Positions 62,155 through 64,000 of a DNA stretch of 64,000 nt are shown piece after piece. The DNA is from an uncultured delta proteobacterium. Lineage in GTDB: Bacteria; Desulfobacterota; Desulfobacteria; Desulfobacterales; SG8-13. The translations under genes were made by a program, and so were the position numbers. The stretch's first letter is position 1, and each line of letters starts with the position of its first letter. The stretch is taken from assembly GCA_963848135.1 (NCBI GenBank), contig CAWKCK010000017.1, forward strand, positions 682,001 through 746,000. Reading direction: 5' to 3'. The notes below the pieces were generated by a model. That model saw nothing but the letters and a program-made list of their open reading frames with translations, was not told where the DNA came from and did not search any database.

Positions 62155-62295
62155 CTAATTTTTCTCGTGCACCGTATCGACGTCCTCGATACCGGGCATT
62201 TCGTTTTCCCGGCTGACGAAGATCAGATAGGCATACGCAGCGATCAGGCACACAACCAGCAACACCATTCCTATGACTGTCAGTAGCGTTGTCAT
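62155..62295 (-). CDS. Small single-TM protein (46 aa)
   Basis: RBS AGGAGG; MTTLLTVIGMVLLVVCLIAAYAYLIFVSRENEMPG. Confidence 0.55.
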   Translation of the reverse strand: MTTLLTVIGMVLLVVCLIAAYAYLIFVSRENEMPGIEDVDTVHEKN

Positions 62296-62366
62296 TTTAG
62301 CCCACCTCCTGCTTTCCTCTATCGAGTTGAAAGCGAACCACACCAAAAATACATTCAGGCATTGAT

Positions 62367-62765
62367 TTATCCGGTGGCGCTAATGCTGCCCAAATGCTTC
62401 GAGATTGTGTAGAGAAGCGACTCGAATGGAAACGGTTTCTCAATGACGTCGTGTATCCCGTAGTTAAAAACGCGTGACATGGGATCAACATCGCCAATGG
62501 CGGCCACCATTATCTTGATCGAACCGGGACAGTAACCCTGCGCAATTTTCAGGAATTCAAACCCATCGATACCGGGAAGACTGAAGTCGCTGATGATGAT
62601 ATCGAAAGAGCCTTCCTTCAACAAACCGATTCCTCCGGCACTGGAATAAGCGCTTTCGAGAGCGCACCCCTCACCCAATAGCGCTTTTTTTAACGTATCG
62701 CGAATGTAAGGGTCGTTTTCGACCAAAAGCACTCTGAGTCCGCAAAGTTTATGAAGGTTAATCAT
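62367..62765 (-). CDS. Stand-alone response regulator receiver
   Basis: VLLVEND, FDIIISDFSLPGIDG, IEKPF. Confidence 0.85.
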   Translation of the reverse strand: MINLHKLCGLRVLLVENDPYIRDTLKKALLGEGCALESAYSSAGGIGLLKEGSFDIIISDFSLPGIDGFEFLKIAQGYCPGSIKIMVAAIGDVDPMSRVFNYGIHDVIEKPFPFESLLYTISKHLGSISATG

Positions 62766-62978
62766 CTTGGGTTCCTATCCGATTAAGCGAATGTTTTATG
62801 CAATCACGACATAGAAACCCTACAAAGATCATGCCAGTTCATCAAAAAATTAATTTTTATAATAATAATAGATTGTTAAGCCGACTCAAACAGGAAGATG
62901 ATCGGGTGTGAGGTAACAGGTGGGTGAAATGCCCCGATTTCTTTGGGCAAAAGGCACAGGGAATGTGCCCGTCTGTCG

Positions 62979-64000
62979 CTATCGGGGTTTCCGGCAAAAG
63001 AAGTGGAAATTGAAGGGGTCATCGGGAATCTCCAGGACTCGAATCATTTGAAAGCCGGCGGCGCCGAGCATTGACTCCGCCTTCTGCCGGCCCCACATCA
63101 TTCCGAGACCGGGGCCACCGTTCACCAGGCCAACCGGCATGCAATGCATCAGGCTGACCGTGTACAGGAACGGTGCCATCGCATGGGTCATGTTGTCTGA
63201 AAGCCGGCTGCTGGCGGCAATATCGATCATTGAAAGAAGCCCGCCAGGTTTCAAGATCGCGTAAATACCATTCAGGGCCGCTTGGGGACGACTCTGATCG
63301 TGAATGGCGTCAAATGCGGTGACATAGTCGAATGATTCCCGAAGCTCTTTATCGGCATGTAGTGCAGCGGCATCCAACGTCAAAAAGGTCGCATTCGACA
63401 AATTCGACCGTGCGGCATCTGCGCTCGCCTTCTCTATGACATCGCTCAACATATCGATTCCGACAAACTCGCTGTTGGGAAAAGCCTCTGCCATTAGGAT
63501 CACGGCAATTCCCTCGGCACATCCCAGGTCACAGACGCGAATACCCGTCCGCAATTTCTCAATCAACCGCCCCCCGTCGATGGTTGGCAGAAATCGGCTG
63601 ACCAAAACCTGCCGATGTTTGGCATTGGCCAGTTGGGCCATGAAAGCCTGGAATTTCGGATAGTTTTCGTACCCAATCCCTTCTCCGCTGGAGAAATTTT
63701 CGACAACGGAATCAAAGGCACATGACGTCAGCAATGGAATTTCTTGCGTATAAACACCTAAATTAGCATTTCCGGCACGCCGGGTGATCAGATCGCCATG
63801 TTCACGCGGCAGGAAGAAAAGATCCACCCCATTGTCTTCGATGGATATATCGACGACCTCTCCGCAGACCATCACCCCCAACCACTCTTTCACGTACCTT
63901 TCGTCCATTCCGGATTTTTCGGCAATCGTGGAAGCCGGGGCCGGCGTGTCAATCGCATCCATCACATCCAAAAGGCCGGTTCGGTAACCAATCGCAAGGG
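62979..64000 (-). CDS. Class I SAM-dependent methyltransferase with N-terminal winged helix, 5' partial
   Basis: AIGYRTGL, ERYVKEWL, VCDLGCAEG, FDAIHDQ, YTVSLMHCM, GLGMMWG; frame open to the window edge. Confidence 0.88.
   Translation of the reverse strand, partial: LAIGYRTGLLDVMDAIDTPAPASTIAEKSGMDERYVKEWLGVMVCGEVVDISIEDNGVDLFFLPREHGDLITRRAGNANLGVYTQEIPLLTSCAFDSVVENFSSGEGIGYENYPKFQAFMAQLANAKHRQVLVSRFLPTIDGGRLIEKLRTGIRVCDLGCAEGIAVILMAEAFPNSEFVGIDMLSDVIEKASADAARSNLSNATFLTLDAAALHADKELRESFDYVTAFDAIHDQSRPQAALNGIYAILKPGGLLSMIDIAASSRLSDNMTHAMAPFLYTVSLMHCMPVGLVNGGPGLGMMWGRQKAESMLGAAGFQMIRVLEIPDDPFNFHFFCRKPR

Overview
This window looks like chromosomal DNA from a sulfate-reducing deltaproteobacterium, probably Desulfobacterales (inferred from gene content and repeat types). 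It contains no rRNA, tRNA, CRISPR array or intact transposase/integrase. (1) 1-5 kb holds core genes: nitronate monooxygenase, a B12 radical SAM-TPR protein, a HAD/AIR-synthase-like fusion and TetR. (2) About 5.0-20.4 kb is a visibly AT-richer patchwork island of redox/stress regulators, small genes, pseudogenes and MITE-like repeats. It includes perR, a relic of katA and an intact GC-rich katG. (3) 20.6-34.5 kb is housekeeping: a degenerate sigma-54 activator, a free-standing ThrRS editing domain, an RNB nuclease, a heterodimeric ABC exporter, fhs and gltA. (4) 34.8-47.3 kb is a CBS - SLC13 permease - tandem gamma-carbonic-anhydrase-like operon converging on a six-gene Ehr (Ni-less hydrogenase-related, complex-I-like) operon, with a second CBS paralog beyond it. 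(5) 48-64 kb holds a CBM48 protein, DUF748, PaaI, ogt, an aspartyl protease, a cold-shock protein, a TAXI-TRAP/D-amino-acid transaminase operon and a methyltransferase. The best candidate for an undescribed system is block 4. Its hexapeptide protein has two gamma-CA domains whose active-site residues are split in an exactly complementary way, and it sits beside a proton-translocating Ehr complex and an anion permease. This suggests an energised inorganic-carbon/pH module. Other highlights are an unannotated 48-aa Cys-rich peptide and a fossil katA-to-katG catalase swap.
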